Below, one piece after another: positions 1 through 13,846 of a stretch of 64,000 bases of DNA. Source of the stretch: Eledone cirrhosa (Eukaryota); contig OZ024753.1 in NCBI GenBank assembly GCA_964016885.1, forward strand, positions 17,236,001-17,300,000, written 5' to 3'. A program made the position numbers and the translations under genes. The notes under the pieces are model-generated. The model was not told the DNA's origin. It worked only from the letters and a program-made list of their open reading frames with translations, and did not search any database. Position 1 is the stretch's first letter. Every line of letters starts with the position of its first letter.

Positions 1-356
1 ACTTTGTCTTTCATCTATTCGATGTTGATAGAATAAAGTACCAGCGAAGTTCTCGGGTCAATTATTCACCCATATCTCTTTCTCTCTTCCTTTCTCTCAC
101 TCTATATCCTTCTCTGGAAGAAATAGTCTGAACTCAGATCTGGAGTAAAGATGGGCTCCGCCAAACTTAAAAAGTGCCCCAGAAATGCCGTGTCAATACG
201 ACTCATCCTGGTGTTACGGGATGACGCATGCAATTTAGTCACGAGTTGTAATGAAAAGACCAATAGAAAAATTGTGGAAAATTGTTTCTTTGGCCTGATT
301 TGACGTCTTCCACTCCAGTCGGTAATTGAATGAGATATGGGATCTTGTTGATCGTT

Positions 357-387
<31 letters not shown>

Positions 388-446
388 CAAGGCTCTGATA
401 CCATCAACACTATACACACAGAGCTGGCATATATAAGAACTGACTA

Positions 447-502
447 ACTGCCTGATGAGGTCATAGCCATTCAATGGCTATCATCGAAATATATATAGCA
501 GT
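447..502 (+). ncRNA. Minimal type I hammerhead ribozyme
   Basis: ACTGC-CTGATGA-G..ATAGCCAT/ATGGCTAT..C-GAAA-TATATA-TA-GCAGT, then AATAAA at 504. Sits in a (TA)n-flanked insert. Confidence 0.85.
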
Positions 503-647
503 GAATAAAGGATTATGAGTTCATGCAATTGACTTATGTTTCGTCACTATACATACATATATATATATATATATATACGGTAAATAAGAGATACGGTTTT
601 ATACGTACATCCCTATTTTAGTCGTTATATATACATACATACCGTAA

Positions 648-704
<57 letters not shown>

Positions 705-1487
705 AATGGAAGTTCAGCATAATCGAAGCTCTGGCGGCAGCTAAGCTAACGAATGCAATCGGAATGTGCGCCTAAGCACTCAATAAGGTATTTTACCTTT
801 GAGTATTAACATTACGTTTAGACAGCTTGGCAAATTGAAGATTGCGGCCGCTAAGCCAGCCGCATGGACCAAAGCAACGAGAAAACAAACTCAGGATAAT
901 TTTATATATATCAATATGGTTAGAGAATTGGATTCGCAATCGTGAGGTTGTGAGTTCCATTCCCGGACCAGGCGATGCGTTATTTCTTTGACCAAGACAC
1001 TTTCAAGTTGGTCCTACCTGGAGTTACGACCTATAAAGAGTATTAGCAATTGGAAAGACCAATGCAAACATTGTTTCCTCGGTCCGATTTGACGGAAGTC
1101 GATCGATTGTCGATGTATATCAATAAAATATATCAATAAAAATCCGATGTCATTTGGTTTATTAAAATCCCTAATGTACATGTCGCTGAGGACTATCATG
1201 TATCATGGCAAGAAAAGTAAACCTTTTCCAAATTAATTAAACAAAAAAAAAATTTCATTATTTTATAGGTTTACCGGTTCAGAAGCTCAGGCTGTCATAA
1301 CTGATAGTCCTCAGTGAAATCTATATTACGGATTTTAATAAACCAAAGCCAAATGAACTTGGCCGACCATTTTGTTTTATATATCATGCTCCGGCTTGCA
1401 CTTTTAGGCAGGTCGTTGAGCGCTTTCGTTTATCGAATTCATTACCGACAGACCTCACATTCTTGTTCGGTTAACTCCTTACTATAA

Positions 1488-1546
<59 letters not shown>

Positions 1547-1607
1547 AAGAGTTCGCTAGATATAAAAAAAAACATTTACGGGCATATATATGTATGTATA
1601 TATATAT

Positions 1608-1650
<43 letters not shown>

Positions 1651-1736
1651 AGTATCCTATTACCCACTCTACTACCCTAAGTATTGAGTACTTTGGTGCG
1701 TTATGGTCCACCTGGTTCCTTACCACTTTTCCCTCG

Positions 1737-1771
<35 letters not shown>

Positions 1772-1942
1772 TGTGTGTGTGTTTATATATACATATACGT
1801 TCATACATACATACGCACAAACATATGTATTGACACATATACATACATATCTATTTCTATTTTCGCATATACACACACACGTATATATATATATATACAT
1901 ACATATATATATATATATATATGTGTACGTACAAACATACAC

Positions 1943-1984
<42 letters not shown>

Positions 1985-1999
1985 GCATACATATATATG

Positions 2000-2039
<40 letters not shown>

Positions 2040-3710
2040 TACGTTATTCCGAGTTGAATCGGAGGTAACCACACTAAGTAAGGTACTCAATACATAGCAG
2101 AGTATAAAAGTTTTAATGTGCGTATATATATATATATACGCACACATTGTTTTTACAACATTCCGATAGAAGTATCACTAATTAATGGTCTAACAAGAAC
2201 CCGCGGGACTCCGGCATATTTCTACATTCTTTAGAGTGCAACAGAGTAATGTCATGTCCAGGTTAATTGTAAACACACTAAATGCACACAAATATATACA
2301 CATGTACACACACACACACAGGCGCGTACGCACATACTCACGTATATGTAAGCATACAAAGAGACACATGCACACACACACACACATACATCTTTGTTTC
2401 TCTTCCAACCACTTTCCCGTCTAATTTCACAATCTTCACTTTTCTGATGAAAGAGGAACGTCCGATACGTTGAACACGTTTCGTTTTTCCTGTTCATATG
2501 AGCAGTAATCTATTTAATACTTTTGAAATTGTCCTTTTTCGTTTTTCACTACACACTCACCCACACACACTCTCACACACACACACATGTATTTATACAT
2601 GTATAGTTTTACATATTTACATAAATTTAAAGAAACATAGACAAATTATGCACGAAATAGAAATTTCTGATTTAGGCACAAATTTCTGATTTAGGCACAC
2701 ATTTCTGATTTAGGCACAAATTTCTGATTTAGGCACAAATTTGGAGGGATGGGAAAGTTGATTAAATCGACTCCAGTGTGTTACTGGTTCTTTATTTATC
2801 GATCCCGTATGAATGAAAAGCAAAGCTAACTTCGATGAGAACGAATGGAAAGTCAATGATTTCTAATTGCAGCCGAAAACAATCATTCTTTTTTATTGTG
2901 TGTGTTTGTGTGTGTGGGGTCGCTGATGTAGCATCAGAGTGATGCAGTGTGGGACAGGGATACACTTTTGAATTACTGGTACAGTTTATTAGATGGACTT
3001 CCAAACAGTTTCTGTCCACCAATGTCCCTCACAAAACACAACTCAACCCGAGGCTATGGTAAATAACAGTTGTCCAAAATATTACGCACTGGAATCGAAC
3101 CCAGAAACTAATGATTTAGAGAGGGAATTCTTAACCACCCGGCCATGCTACTTCCACAAACACAAGCAACACAGTTCTAATATATAGTCTTCAGCAGGCA
3201 TGACAATATCATTATTGAATCATTAATTAAAACGAATTGGCAGTATCGGTAGAGGGTCGGACGCCATGCTTTCTAGCATATTTACGTCCCTTTACGGTCT
3301 GAGTTCAAATTCCGTCGAGGTTAACTTTGCCTTTCATCCTTACGGGGTCGATAAAATAAATTACCAGTAATGTACTGGGTAATTGCTGGCCTTGTGCCAA
3401 AAGTAGAAACAATTAATTAAACTGATAGGGCAGTGGATTGGCAGTATCGGTAGAGCAGCGGACAACATGCTTTGTGACTTAGTGTTACGGCCCTTTGCGT
3501 TCTGAGTTCAAATCCCACCGAGGTTAGCGTGCCTTACATCCTTACGTGGTCGATAGAATAAAGTACCAGTAACGCACTGGGGTCGATTTAAACGACTTGG
3601 CCCTCCGACTGTACCTAAATCAGAATGATTGAAACTGACATTCATAGTTGATTCTCTTTCTGGGTCCTACATATTTAAGCTGACATAATTATCGATTCTA
3701 TTTCTTTCAG

Positions 3711-3837
3711 GTGACCAAAGTACGACTGGGTCGTACATATTTAAGCGGGAAAGTCTCATGTCGAAATATACGGAAATGTCCACGACAGACATGCGAAAGT
3801 CCTGGAGGTTTATGTTGTAGTACATGCCGGAGATTAG
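3711..3837 (+). CDS. chrd: Chordin exon, C-terminal half of VWC/CR1 domain
   Basis: Acceptor ttctttcag, donor AG|gtaagt. Translates VTKVRLGRTYLSGKVSCRNIRKCPRQTCESPGGLCCSTCRRL, matching the chordin CR1 pattern GxVSCxNI..CP...C....CCxTC. Phase 0 in, 1 out. Confidence 0.88.
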
Positions 3838-4469
3838 GTAAGTAAATTATATTAATAATATATATTGAAGATTTAGTATCGAAATATATAGGGTCGATCA
3901 GATTTGTATGGCAATAATCGAACAAATCAATTAGGATTGTCAATAAAATTAATACAACTAATATCAATCAATTAATTAATAAAATTAATTGATAAAAAAA
4001 TATCCAAAAGTATTGATCAGTTTCACCAATGCCTAACTGTTGGTGTCAGTTATGGAAATATATGTATATTCCAACAGTCAGTTGTATGAGAACCAGGAAT
4101 CGGCATTTAGATCTTCAGTAAGCATTGTCCAGTGAATAATAGGGAAAAAAGCATATTTTTTCACCCCACATGATGGCACAGCAAGTTCTGTTTTCTTGCG
4201 TCACAGACTTGGAAATAAGTCGCCGTATCTATGCTATGTTGTCTAAAAGAAACGGGAATTTAACGGGAAAATTCCAAAACGTCTTATACGGTGCAACGAC
4301 CAGGGACAAATGTAGCTCTCGGTGCATGATGAGAAGTAGAGTGATTATAATGAAGAGTTAGACTTTGAAGGAGGGCTCAGCAGTTGTAACACGGTTTAAT
4401 TGTATTTACTAATGAAAATAGTTGTGAGAACAGGTTGAAACTGGGAAACACGTCGTTGCGATTCTACCC

Positions 4470-4544
<75 letters not shown>

Positions 4545-4895
4545 ATTGTTTCTACTTTTGGCACAGGGCCAGCAATTACCCAGTGTATTACTGGTACTTT
4601 ATTTTATCGACCCCGTAAGGATGAAAGGCAAAGTCAACCTCGGCGGGATTTGAACTCAGATCGTAAAGGGACGTAACTATGCTGAAAGGCATGGCGTCCA
4701 ACCCTCTACCTATACTGCCAATCCACCGCCCTTATATATTTATATAATGGATGTCTGTAGGCATGAGTATGTGGTGAAGGAGTTCACTTCTCAAACGCAT
4801 GACACGTTGGGAATGTGTTTCCTACTACAGCGTCGGTTTGACCAATCCGTTGTGAGTAAAGTTTGGTTGCCGAAAACTGTGGAGAGACTCGTCAC

Positions 4896-4976
<81 letters not shown>

Positions 4977-5544
4977 CGTGTGTGTGTATATATATATATT
5001 AGTGTGTGTGTATGTGTGTTTATATGTATATATATATATATACATATAAACACACATAAAAACACACATAAAAACAAAACCTGTCAAAGGGCAAAGGAGC
5101 TCTTAAGAGTCAATGGCCATCCAAAATCACCGGAAGAGATGACCCCTTAGCCTTTGTCAAGGCAAAATTCTATGAGAAGGAAAACTCTGATATAACACCT
5201 GCAACCCTGATGGTATCCAATGATGTTGACTTGTTCTTCTTTTTGGTAAATATCATCTTGGTTAAGAGAGTGGGACTGGCTTTGTGCAGTTCCTTTGCTC
5301 ATTATAAAAGCTTCACTGCACAGGCATTGCTTTATATCTGGAGATCTCTCTGCACTTGTCGTCACATGGTACCATAGGCCCAGCACTATGTGTCAATAAT
5401 TGTCACAAGTGTAGTGTTTGTACCAGAGTTTTCAAGTCGCTGGCTGGACTAAAATTCACACTCGTTCAGCGCATCGGTAGGGGTTCTCCTACATGGATAT
5501 AAAGTTGTGGCTGTACTCGAAAACGAGTTGGCAGCCACCACCAT

Positions 5545-5637
<93 letters not shown>

Positions 5638-6216
5638 AGTGTATGTGTGTGTAGATAAAATTAACAAGGAAGGACAAGACATTGAACTGAAAAAAAAACA
5701 AAGTTTTTTATGGGGAAACCTTAAAGAAATACTTTTAAAAAACCCCATACATCGAAGGACACAGAACTCCATGGTCATATATATATATATATATATATAT
5801 GAAAAGATTCAGGATCCCGACGGCTGAGCTTCAGTCGTTTCGATAGCTAGATTCGAACGGCCTGAATCTTTTCATATTACCCACTCAAATACCCCAAGTA
5901 TCGAGTACTCTGGTGCGTTATGGTCCACCTGTTATTTTACCACACCCTATCTGATATATATATATAAATAATTGTGTCTACTTTTGGCACAAGGCCAGCA
6001 ATTATCCCAGGGTATTACTGGTACTTTATTTTATCGACCCCGTCAGGATGAAAGGCAAAGTTAACCTCGACGCGAGTAGAACTCAGACCGTAAAGGGACG
6101 TAACTACGCTAGAAAGCATGGCTTCCAACCCTCTACCGATACAATTCACCGCCATATATATATAAATAATGAATGAAGATTAACATGGATCAGCTATACA
6201 ATAAGGTTTATTTCAA

Positions 6217-6336
6217 GTATTAACATATGTTTCATTGGATAGTATGTAATGTGATGCGTCTTAAAATCGTTGTCTGCAATGTTATTGTGAAAGTAAATTT
6301 TAAATACTGCTTATACTAGGCGAATTATCAAAATAC
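6217..6336 (-). ncRNA. Hammerhead-like motif with U3-A8 core and long stem II
   Basis: Minus strand: GTATT-TTGATAA-(about 90 nt, partly paired, TAGTAT/ATACTA)-GAAA-CATATG-TT-AATAC, then AATAAA. Confidence 0.55.
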
Positions 6337-6455
6337 TAGTTTGGGATTTGGCGATACAACGTATTTATATATATATATTAAAAATAAATAAATACATAAA
6401 TAAACAGACTAAATAAAGATGGCGTAGGCATACAATACAACAGGAGGAAACATGA

Positions 6456-6502
6456 TAGCACCACTGACGATGTTGCAGATGTGCAACGAAAGAACTTTGT
6501 TA
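6456..6502 (+). ncRNA. Hammerhead-like motif in PLE pLTR (also near 20530-20576 + and 37104-37150 -)
   Basis: CTGACGA-T-GTTGCA-GATG-TGCAAC-GAAA. Stem II is clear, stems I and III are imperfect. Confidence 0.6.
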
Positions 6503-6710
6503 GACTATATATATATTGTTTGTGTCTCTATTGTATCTGTATTTTTGACCGTTGGTCAGTCAATGGCAACATTGAGGACCGAATAATTAAATTAACTGAT
6601 ATAAAAGACACAGAAGCGAAAACCAACCAAACAGTGAGTGTGTTCTGTTATTGATTCTGGCAATATTATTCCACAAATATGACCCTCCCCATGTATAATA
6701 TATATGTATG

Positions 6711-6808
<98 letters not shown>

Positions 6809-6820
6809 TGTATATATATA

Positions 6821-6853
<33 letters not shown>

Positions 6854-7070
6854 GAGTGTATATATATGTGTGTGTATATATATATAGAGAGAGAGAGAGA
6901 AGTAACACACTGGAAGGTAATATCCGTAGTGGTAGAGCACTCAGTCCATGGGACGAGTTTGGTAGAAGTGGTAACACAACAGACCATGACCAGTCCGAGA
7001 TGAAGTTCCGCATAAGGTGAAACAATTGTTCTCGGTATGGTGAACTAACTGTTGAGTTACCACTTCTATA

Positions 7071-7148
<78 letters not shown>

Positions 7149-7570
7149 TGTGTGTGTGTGTGTGTTGGATATATGTTTGTTCATGTTTGAGTGTTTGTAT
7201 ATGTATGTATATGAATATGTATGAAGGTATGTCTGCCCGTTTGTATGTACGTATTTGTGTATATGTATGTATGTATGTATGTGTATTTGTGTAACATTCG
7301 CTAGTGTTTATAGACAACAGTAAGAAAATGGGGTTATCTGGTCCTGCGAAGGAACCGAAGTGATGGAAATATTAGCAGCAAAAAAAAATAAATAAATAAA
7401 GATTAATAATAATAATAATAATTAAAATAGAATAAAATAAAGAAAAGAAAAAATAAAGAAAAATCTTGGCACGTGATATGGAGCTTGTAATATTGAATAA
7501 CAGGGATACCTGGTGTTGCTTGGGTGACAAATAGATAGTGATTTTCTTTTAATTTTTAACTAATAAAGTA

Positions 7571-8002
7571 CCGTATTTGACGGCTCATAAGACGCATGGG
7601 TTTATATGGGGCACATCAATTTGAGCAGGCAATAAACAAAATATATGGGTTTAAACTATGAATGTTTAATGAAGGGTATAAAGTTTGTACATCCTATGTT
7701 TTTGTTATCATTCTGAATCGTAATTCTACTTGGAATATTTTAGAATATTTTAAAACAAAAAAGTAAAAATAAATTTATTTTATTCATCATAAAAATTATT
7801 TAAGTTGTCATTGTTGGTATCGAAGCAATCACTACCATGTTTATAGTTGCGGAGCTGCTTGCGGTTTAATTTAAGGGCCACTGCAGCACTAGAACTCCAC
7901 TAGCCCGTAACCCAAACAGACCCTTGTCCTTATAAGTCACAATGTCATTTTCTGAGATATTATCTTCGAAAAGAAGTGCGTCTTATAAGCCGTCAAATAC
8001 GG
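7571..8002. mobile_element. Tc2/pogo-type MITE
   Basis: TIRs CCGTATTTGACGGCTCATAAGACGCA / TGCGTCTTATAAGCCGTCAAATACGG, with TA on both sides. Confidence 0.85.
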
Positions 8003-8118
8003 TATATAAAACCATACATACACACAGGCACATAAATACACTTTATATGCTTGTTATAAAAATATATGTGATCACGTGGTATTTCCAACCCGGGAGGCTG
8101 CTGTGCTGTCATTATTGG

Positions 8119-8513
8119 AGGGAGGGCGCTGGATTGGCAGTATCAGTAGAGGGTCGGACGCCATGCTTTCCAGCATAGTTACGTCCCTTTACGATCTGAG
8201 TTCAAATCCCGCCGAGGTTGACTTTGCCTTTCATCCTTACGGGGTCGAGAAAATAAAGTACCAGTAATGCACTGGGTAATTGCTGGCCTTGTGCCTAAAG
8301 TAGAAACAATTATTAGAGGGAGGGCGCTGGATTGGCAGTATCAGTAGAGGGTCGGACGCCATGCATTCCAGCATAGTTACGTCCCTTTACGGTCTGAGTT
8401 CAAATCCCGCCGAGGTTGACTTTGCCTTTCATCCTTACAGGGTCGATAAAATAAAGTACCAGTAATACACTGGGGTAATTGGTGGCCTTGTGCCTAAAGT
8501 AGAAACAATTATT
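8119..8513 (+). mobile_element. Tandem dimer of tRNA-derived SINE (octopus OK-like)
   Basis: Two near-identical units of about 199 bp with A box TGGCAGTATCAG, B box GAGTTCAAATCC and GGGTCGATAAAATAAAGTACCAG. The family has many copies, for example near 3236-3625, 4545-4732(-), 5970-6155(-), 30236-30368, 32095-32470, 41505-41710(-), 43365-44040 and 54990-55210. Confidence 0.85.
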
Positions 8514-9451
8514 GTTAATGCAGCCATTCTACTGTAGATAGCTTCCGGTGAATAAAAGAATTTTATTCCGCGGCCCAATCCTCTGGATTCTTAAACGTAT
8601 ATTGTCCAACTGGCTGAATGTGAATGCTACGTAGACCAGTCATAGTTTACACCAGTGTATCTCAATCTATCTAATTGACAATTGACTCACCATTCCTGAC
8701 TCATATAGATTTAACGTAGATTTCAGTAATATTCAGCTTGACACAAGGACCGGTCGAAAATATCTTAGACTGACCAAGATACTCTCATGGAATGACGAAA
8801 TGAGGTTTAATCTTCAACATTGTCTCTGGAATGAACCAATGCAGTTATTAATAACAAGAGTTGAATTTAATGCATGCAAGATTTCACATCGTTAGCATCA
8901 CTCCTTCATAGTCAGCCTATGAATCTTTCAGTCGACCCTCGTATGTGTAAGGTTGACAGATAAATTTGAACACGCCGAGATTTGAACTCTGAGCGCAGAG
9001 GACTGAAACTAATACCGCAAAGCATTCTATCAGACATTCTATCAGTCTCTGTCAATTCGCTTCCTATGGCTTGTAAATACCTGCCGTATATATACCATAA
9101 ATACATTTACCTAATATGTCTGTCTGTCTCTCCGCTCACTAAAACTCGAGAACCACCCAACCGATTCTTTTCAAACTTTACACATGTAATACTTATGGTC
9201 CTGTGAGTGTTTTGAGCAAAAGATATTTAAAATTTTCAATGCCCTAGGGACCGCATTAGGCGATTTAGCGATCTCTCTCTCTTAGTCTTTCTATTTTTAG
9301 ATAGATAGATATAACGTTGCGCCCTTATAATATCTGTCTGTATGCCTGGCTGTCTGCATTACGACATTATGACGTTATGTGTGTGTATGTGTGTGTGTGT
9401 GTATAGTGTGTGTATATATATAGTGTGTAACGTTTGATTTTTTTAAATTTT

Positions 9452-9502
9452 AGTTTCAGAAGATCCCGTTAAGGGTGAAAGCAGCGATTCTTTGCTTAAC
9501 CT
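9452..9502 (+). ncRNA. Hammerhead-like motif with CAGAAGA core
   Basis: AGTTT-CAGAAGA-TCCCGTTAAGGGT-GAAA-GCA..TGC-TT-AACCT. Same family as 48950-49000. Confidence 0.55.
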
Positions 9503-9539
9503 TTAATCTGTTATTTTAATATATATATATATATCACCT

Positions 9540-10126
9540 TGATCACCTTGACAGACCAGTCTGTCGGGCGTCCATTCAGCGCCGCTGGTCACAGCACGCC
9601 GTCCATTCCTCTCTGGATCGTGCTTTCCTCATCCATGTATTCCCAATCGTGTTCTTAAAATCGTAACTCCACCTTCGTGGAGGCCTTCCGAGTGGTCGTT
9701 TCCGCTCGCGCGGATACCACTCGGCAATTGCGCGGGTCCACCGATTATCGGTGAACCGGGCAACGTGTCCAGCTCATCTGAACTTGTGCGCATATATTCC
9801 GTGATGACGTCCCTCATGCCGGACTTCTGTCTGATGACTTCGCTCCTGATGTGCTCTCTCAACGAGATTCCTAGCATTGATCTCTCCATGGCTCTTTGAG
9901 CCGTTACCAGCCTCTGCTCTTTTCTCTTCGTTGTAGCCCAAGTTTCACTGCCATATAACATTGCATGTAAAACTGTTCTATTGAAGAGGTTGGCGCGGGT
10001 GGTCTTGTCCAACCTCCCCTTGAGCACATCCCTTATGCCATTGGGACAAGAAGTGAACATGTGCCGAGACATTGAGAGGGAGATCTCGCGGAGAGTAAGG
10101 TCCGGATGGAAGGCGTTCAATGGCAT
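9540..10126 (-). mobile_element. RTE-clade LINE 3' fragment with 5' inversion
   Basis: Minus strand reads LFNRTVLHAMLYGSETW..QRAMERSMLGISLREHIRSEVIRQKS. The upstream part LGQEVNM..EISRRVRSGWKAFNGI is on the plus strand at about 10042-10126. Confidence 0.85.
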
Positions 10127-10338
10127 ATATATAATTATATATTCGTGTACAGATATTTTTCATACACAATAACAAAATATAAACAAAAGTATTTATTTCG
10201 CGATAAAGTATTGATTTTCTTCGCACGGAAAAATCCCCTGGTAATCTACGACGAATTTTTTTTATAAGCACAAAATGTACACACCATCCCGAGGCCGAGG
10301 TATTCCGTACTTCTCTGTACTGTTATATATATATACAA

Positions 10339-10381
<43 letters not shown>

Positions 10382-10528
10382 ATTATATATTCGTGTACAG
10401 ATATTTTTACATACACAATAACAAAATATAAACAAACGTATTTATTTCACGAGGCTCGATAAGGATAAATATATATCAAATATATAAGAACCCTAGAGCA
10501 AATACCGAGCAACGCCGGGCCATTCTGC

Positions 10529-11077
10529 TAGTTATAACTAAACCAAGTAGTATTAGTATAACTAAACCAAGTTGTATTAGTTTAACTAAACGAAGTAGTA
10601 TTAGTATAACTAAACGAAGTAGTATTAGTATAACTAAACCAAGTTATATTAGTATAACTAAACCAAGTTGTATTAGTTTAACTAAACGAAGTAGTATTAG
10701 TATAACTAAACGAAGTAGTATTAGTATAACTAAACCAAGTTATATTAGTATAACTAAACAAAGTTGTATTAGTTTAACTAAACGAAGTAGTATTAGTATA
10801 ACTAAACCAAGTTGTATTAGTTTAACTAAACGAAGTAGTATTAGTATAACTAAACCAAGTTATATTAGTATAACTAAACCAAGTTATATTAGTATAACTA
10901 AACCAAGTTATATTAGTATAACTAAACCAAGTTATATTAGTATAACTAAACCAAGTTATATTAGTATAACTAAACCAAGTTATATTAGTATAACTAAACC
11001 AAGTTATATTAGTATAACTAAACCAAGTTATATTAGTATAACTAAACCAAGTTATATTAGTATAACTAAACCAAGTA
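10529..11077. repeat. 24-bp minisatellite, about 23 copies
   Basis: Unit GTTATATTAGTATAACTAAACCAA. Confidence 0.95.
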
Positions 11078-11099
11078 TTCACAATGTTGGTCACAAGTA

Positions 11100-11400
11100 T
11101 GAAAATACACTCTTGACAGGTGCAAAGTGTCCGAACACGGAAGAGTCGAACTCCCACCGTTATCTCCCCCATCTCTTTCGCCCTCCCCATCTCTTTCGCC
11201 CTCCACATCTCTCTGTATAGTGAGCAAATGGGGGTCCCACGTGCTGGCCGCTCCACAGCCCCGACGGACAGAATGCAGAAGGCGTTTCTCCGGAGGACGG
11301 CAAGGGAGATGCGCTGGAAGAGTTATCCAGGGATCCCAAACGAAAGTCAATGATAGGATGCGAACCATGATTTCGTCGGTTCACTGGTGGTCTCAGTCCT
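11100..11400 (-). mobile_element. CRE-like retrotransposon 3' end fragment
   Basis: Reverse-complement similarity to 27040-27210. A further copy lies at about 43000-43185 (-) and a diverged one at about 41150-41310 (+). Confidence 0.65.
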
Positions 11401-11941
11401 GTTGTAACTCCCCGCCATTCCCTGTAAGAATCTCTTGCTGTTGGTTTTAATGATCATTATTATGGGGGAAGTTCTTAAGTTGATATTGCTTGAATGAAAA
11501 CCTGTTTTGCTTGTATGTTATCTCTAAACACCTATTTTAACAAGCCTGCTGTTATCTGCTCTTTTTCATCGTTAATGAAGTCAGATAGATTAACCTTCTC
11601 CCCGCTCAACCCCGACTTTCCTTCTTTGTTTTTGCTACTCCCACCATTGCTCTGTTTCTCTCCCTTTTCTTTTCTTTTCTTTTCTTTTCTTTATATATTT
11701 CTTCTGGAATTTACTCTCTCCTTTTGGATTCCTTTGAAGAATTTTTTTATTTTCCCTCAGAATACACAAAATTCCTGATAGAGGAAGAGAATATCTGATG
11801 ACTTTATCTTACTAAGAATAACAATAGCAACAACAATAACAACAACAGAAGAAAAAATAAAGAAATTAAAAGGGAAAGAAAATAGTGGGGAAGTGTTAGT
11901 TTTAAATAAGAAAAAACTAAACATCGATAAAACAACAACTA

Positions 11942-11972
<31 letters not shown>

Positions 11973-13154
11973 TGGCTATCGGCAAGTTAGCTGGTTCCAG
12001 CCGGTTTTTTTTAAATATTCTACAACAGATCTTACAGACTTTCGGACATTGGACTCAGGTTTCGAAGCAGTTGATTAACAAGTGACGAGATCCTTCTACC
12101 AACCGTCAAACACCCCTCACCTCCTCCACACCAGAACACCTTGCCTCCAACTGTTTCACTTTTCACAGAATTCCTCATCATTGGATAGGAATGGTATCTG
12201 GCACTCTTGTTTCCACAGGCTTGCTAATAATTGACTATGAAAGCGAGGCCAGGCATGGCTTAAAAATAGTCTTACTTAAATAATCTGATAAGGCTATATA
12301 TAATTGTAATTAACACTCGGCAAGGAATATAAGGATGAGACCAATCGTTTGGCTAATTGCCACCCACCGGCTGCTAACCTCGATACACTTTTAAATACAC
12401 GCTATACTTGGCTGTTCGACCTTCCAGTAATAGCAACCAAATCTACCTCAAATCAATCCTTATCAACTCATAGAAGAAAACGGATATAATGGAAAGTATA
12501 GATTGAGATACACTTTCATTCTTCTTTATTTCCGCTCCATGCTGTATAAGACAGTTCCAGTAGCTTTTCAGGTTTTCTGAGATAAAGTTCCCAGTTCATT
12601 CTCAACTTCTCTCAATTTTTGAAGAAAGAAGGTCTGTGGCTCCCCCACCAATCTTCTCACCGCCCAACGTAGCTGATTCCGAAACAGAGAGAAAAAATAA
12701 AGAGAATTTATTCCAGTATTTGGAAGGTACTACAGTCTACCTGTAATATAAATCGAATGGTCCTGGCTAGTATTATCGATTTTTTTCCGATCAAGACTGA
12801 CCTGTGGCTAAACAACAACTCCATTGGAAATCGGTTCTTTCCACCTTCCCTTTCCTTGTATCTGTCCATATACATAATTGTGTGTGTGTGTGTGTGTGCG
12901 TGTGTGTGTATATGTGTGTATGTGTATGTGTGTGTGTGTATGTGTTTATGTGTGTGTGTGTTTATGTGTGTGTGTGTGTATGTGTGTGTGTGTATGTGTG
13001 TGTGTGTGTGTGTATGTGTGTGTGTGTGTGTGTGTGTGTCTGTGTGTTTGTACACAGGACCTCAGTATTTTACTGGGATCTATTCTATCACAGATACTTA
13101 CAATGAAAGCCATATTTATCGATTTTTCCACACTTCCATACTTACAACTAATGG

Positions 13155-13229
<75 letters not shown>

Positions 13230-13261
13230 ACACAACTTCCTGATGATTTCCTGATAACACA

Positions 13262-13310
13262 GCTTCCTGATGATTTTTCACGAATGAAACAGTTCTAGTC
13301 CTGTAGAAGC
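13262..13310 (+). ncRNA. Type I hammerhead ribozyme (family A)
   Basis: GCTTC-CTGATGA-TTTTTCACGAAT-GAAA-CAG-TTCTAGTC-CTG-TA-GAAGC. Confidence 0.82.
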
Positions 13311-13608
13311 TCTTCTATATTAAAACATTTATATTCTGCTATGTATTGAGTACTTTACTTACTGTGGTTACCTCCGATTATATATATATGAATGTATATA
13401 TAGTGTATTTTGCAATACATTGTATGCTTAATTAAAAGCATTTCGAAGACCTTACGATATTGTTTTAGAGTAGTGACACTCTCACTTACTTTAATTTTCA
13501 GCAACAATAGCATAAGGTCTTCGAAATACTTTTAATTAAGCATATAGTGTATTGCAAAATACAGTATATATACATTCATATATATATATAGCTATTTCGG
13601 AGCACCAA

Positions 13609-13677
<69 letters not shown>

Positions 13678-13808
13678 GTGAGGTTTTTTTTACAAAATGA
13701 AAAATAACCGAGGTGTCCTACACGAGTGAAAGTATAAAGAAAAAGAGATGAAATCGAAAATGCAACTGGAGTCTTATTTTTAAAAAAAATATATATATTT
13801 ATTTGGTT

Positions 13809-13846
13809 CCTTTACCGGTTTCGCAGTTCTTCTGCTTTTCAAAAGG
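13809..13846 (-). ncRNA. Minimal hammerhead, U3-A8 core variant (family G)
   Basis: CCTT-TTGAAAA-GCAG-AAGAA-CTGC-GAAA-CCGG-TA-AAGG. All three stems pair. Confidence 0.8.

Larger units (their letters stand above)
9103..10531 (+). mobile_element. Non-autonomous Helitron/Helentron-like element with nested insertions
   Basis: 5' end has (GTCT)n plus an AACCGATT block. 3' end is CCGAGCAACGCCGGGC..CTAG. The same terminus is on the - strand at 14944-14975. Confidence 0.55.

Noticed and set aside
5100-5390. Stop-free plus-strand stretch as an exon or transposase piece
   Set aside because: No recognisable motif or convincing splice sites.
8119-8220. tRNA genes
   Set aside because: The A/B boxes are SINE heads followed by SINE bodies, with no complete cloverleaf.
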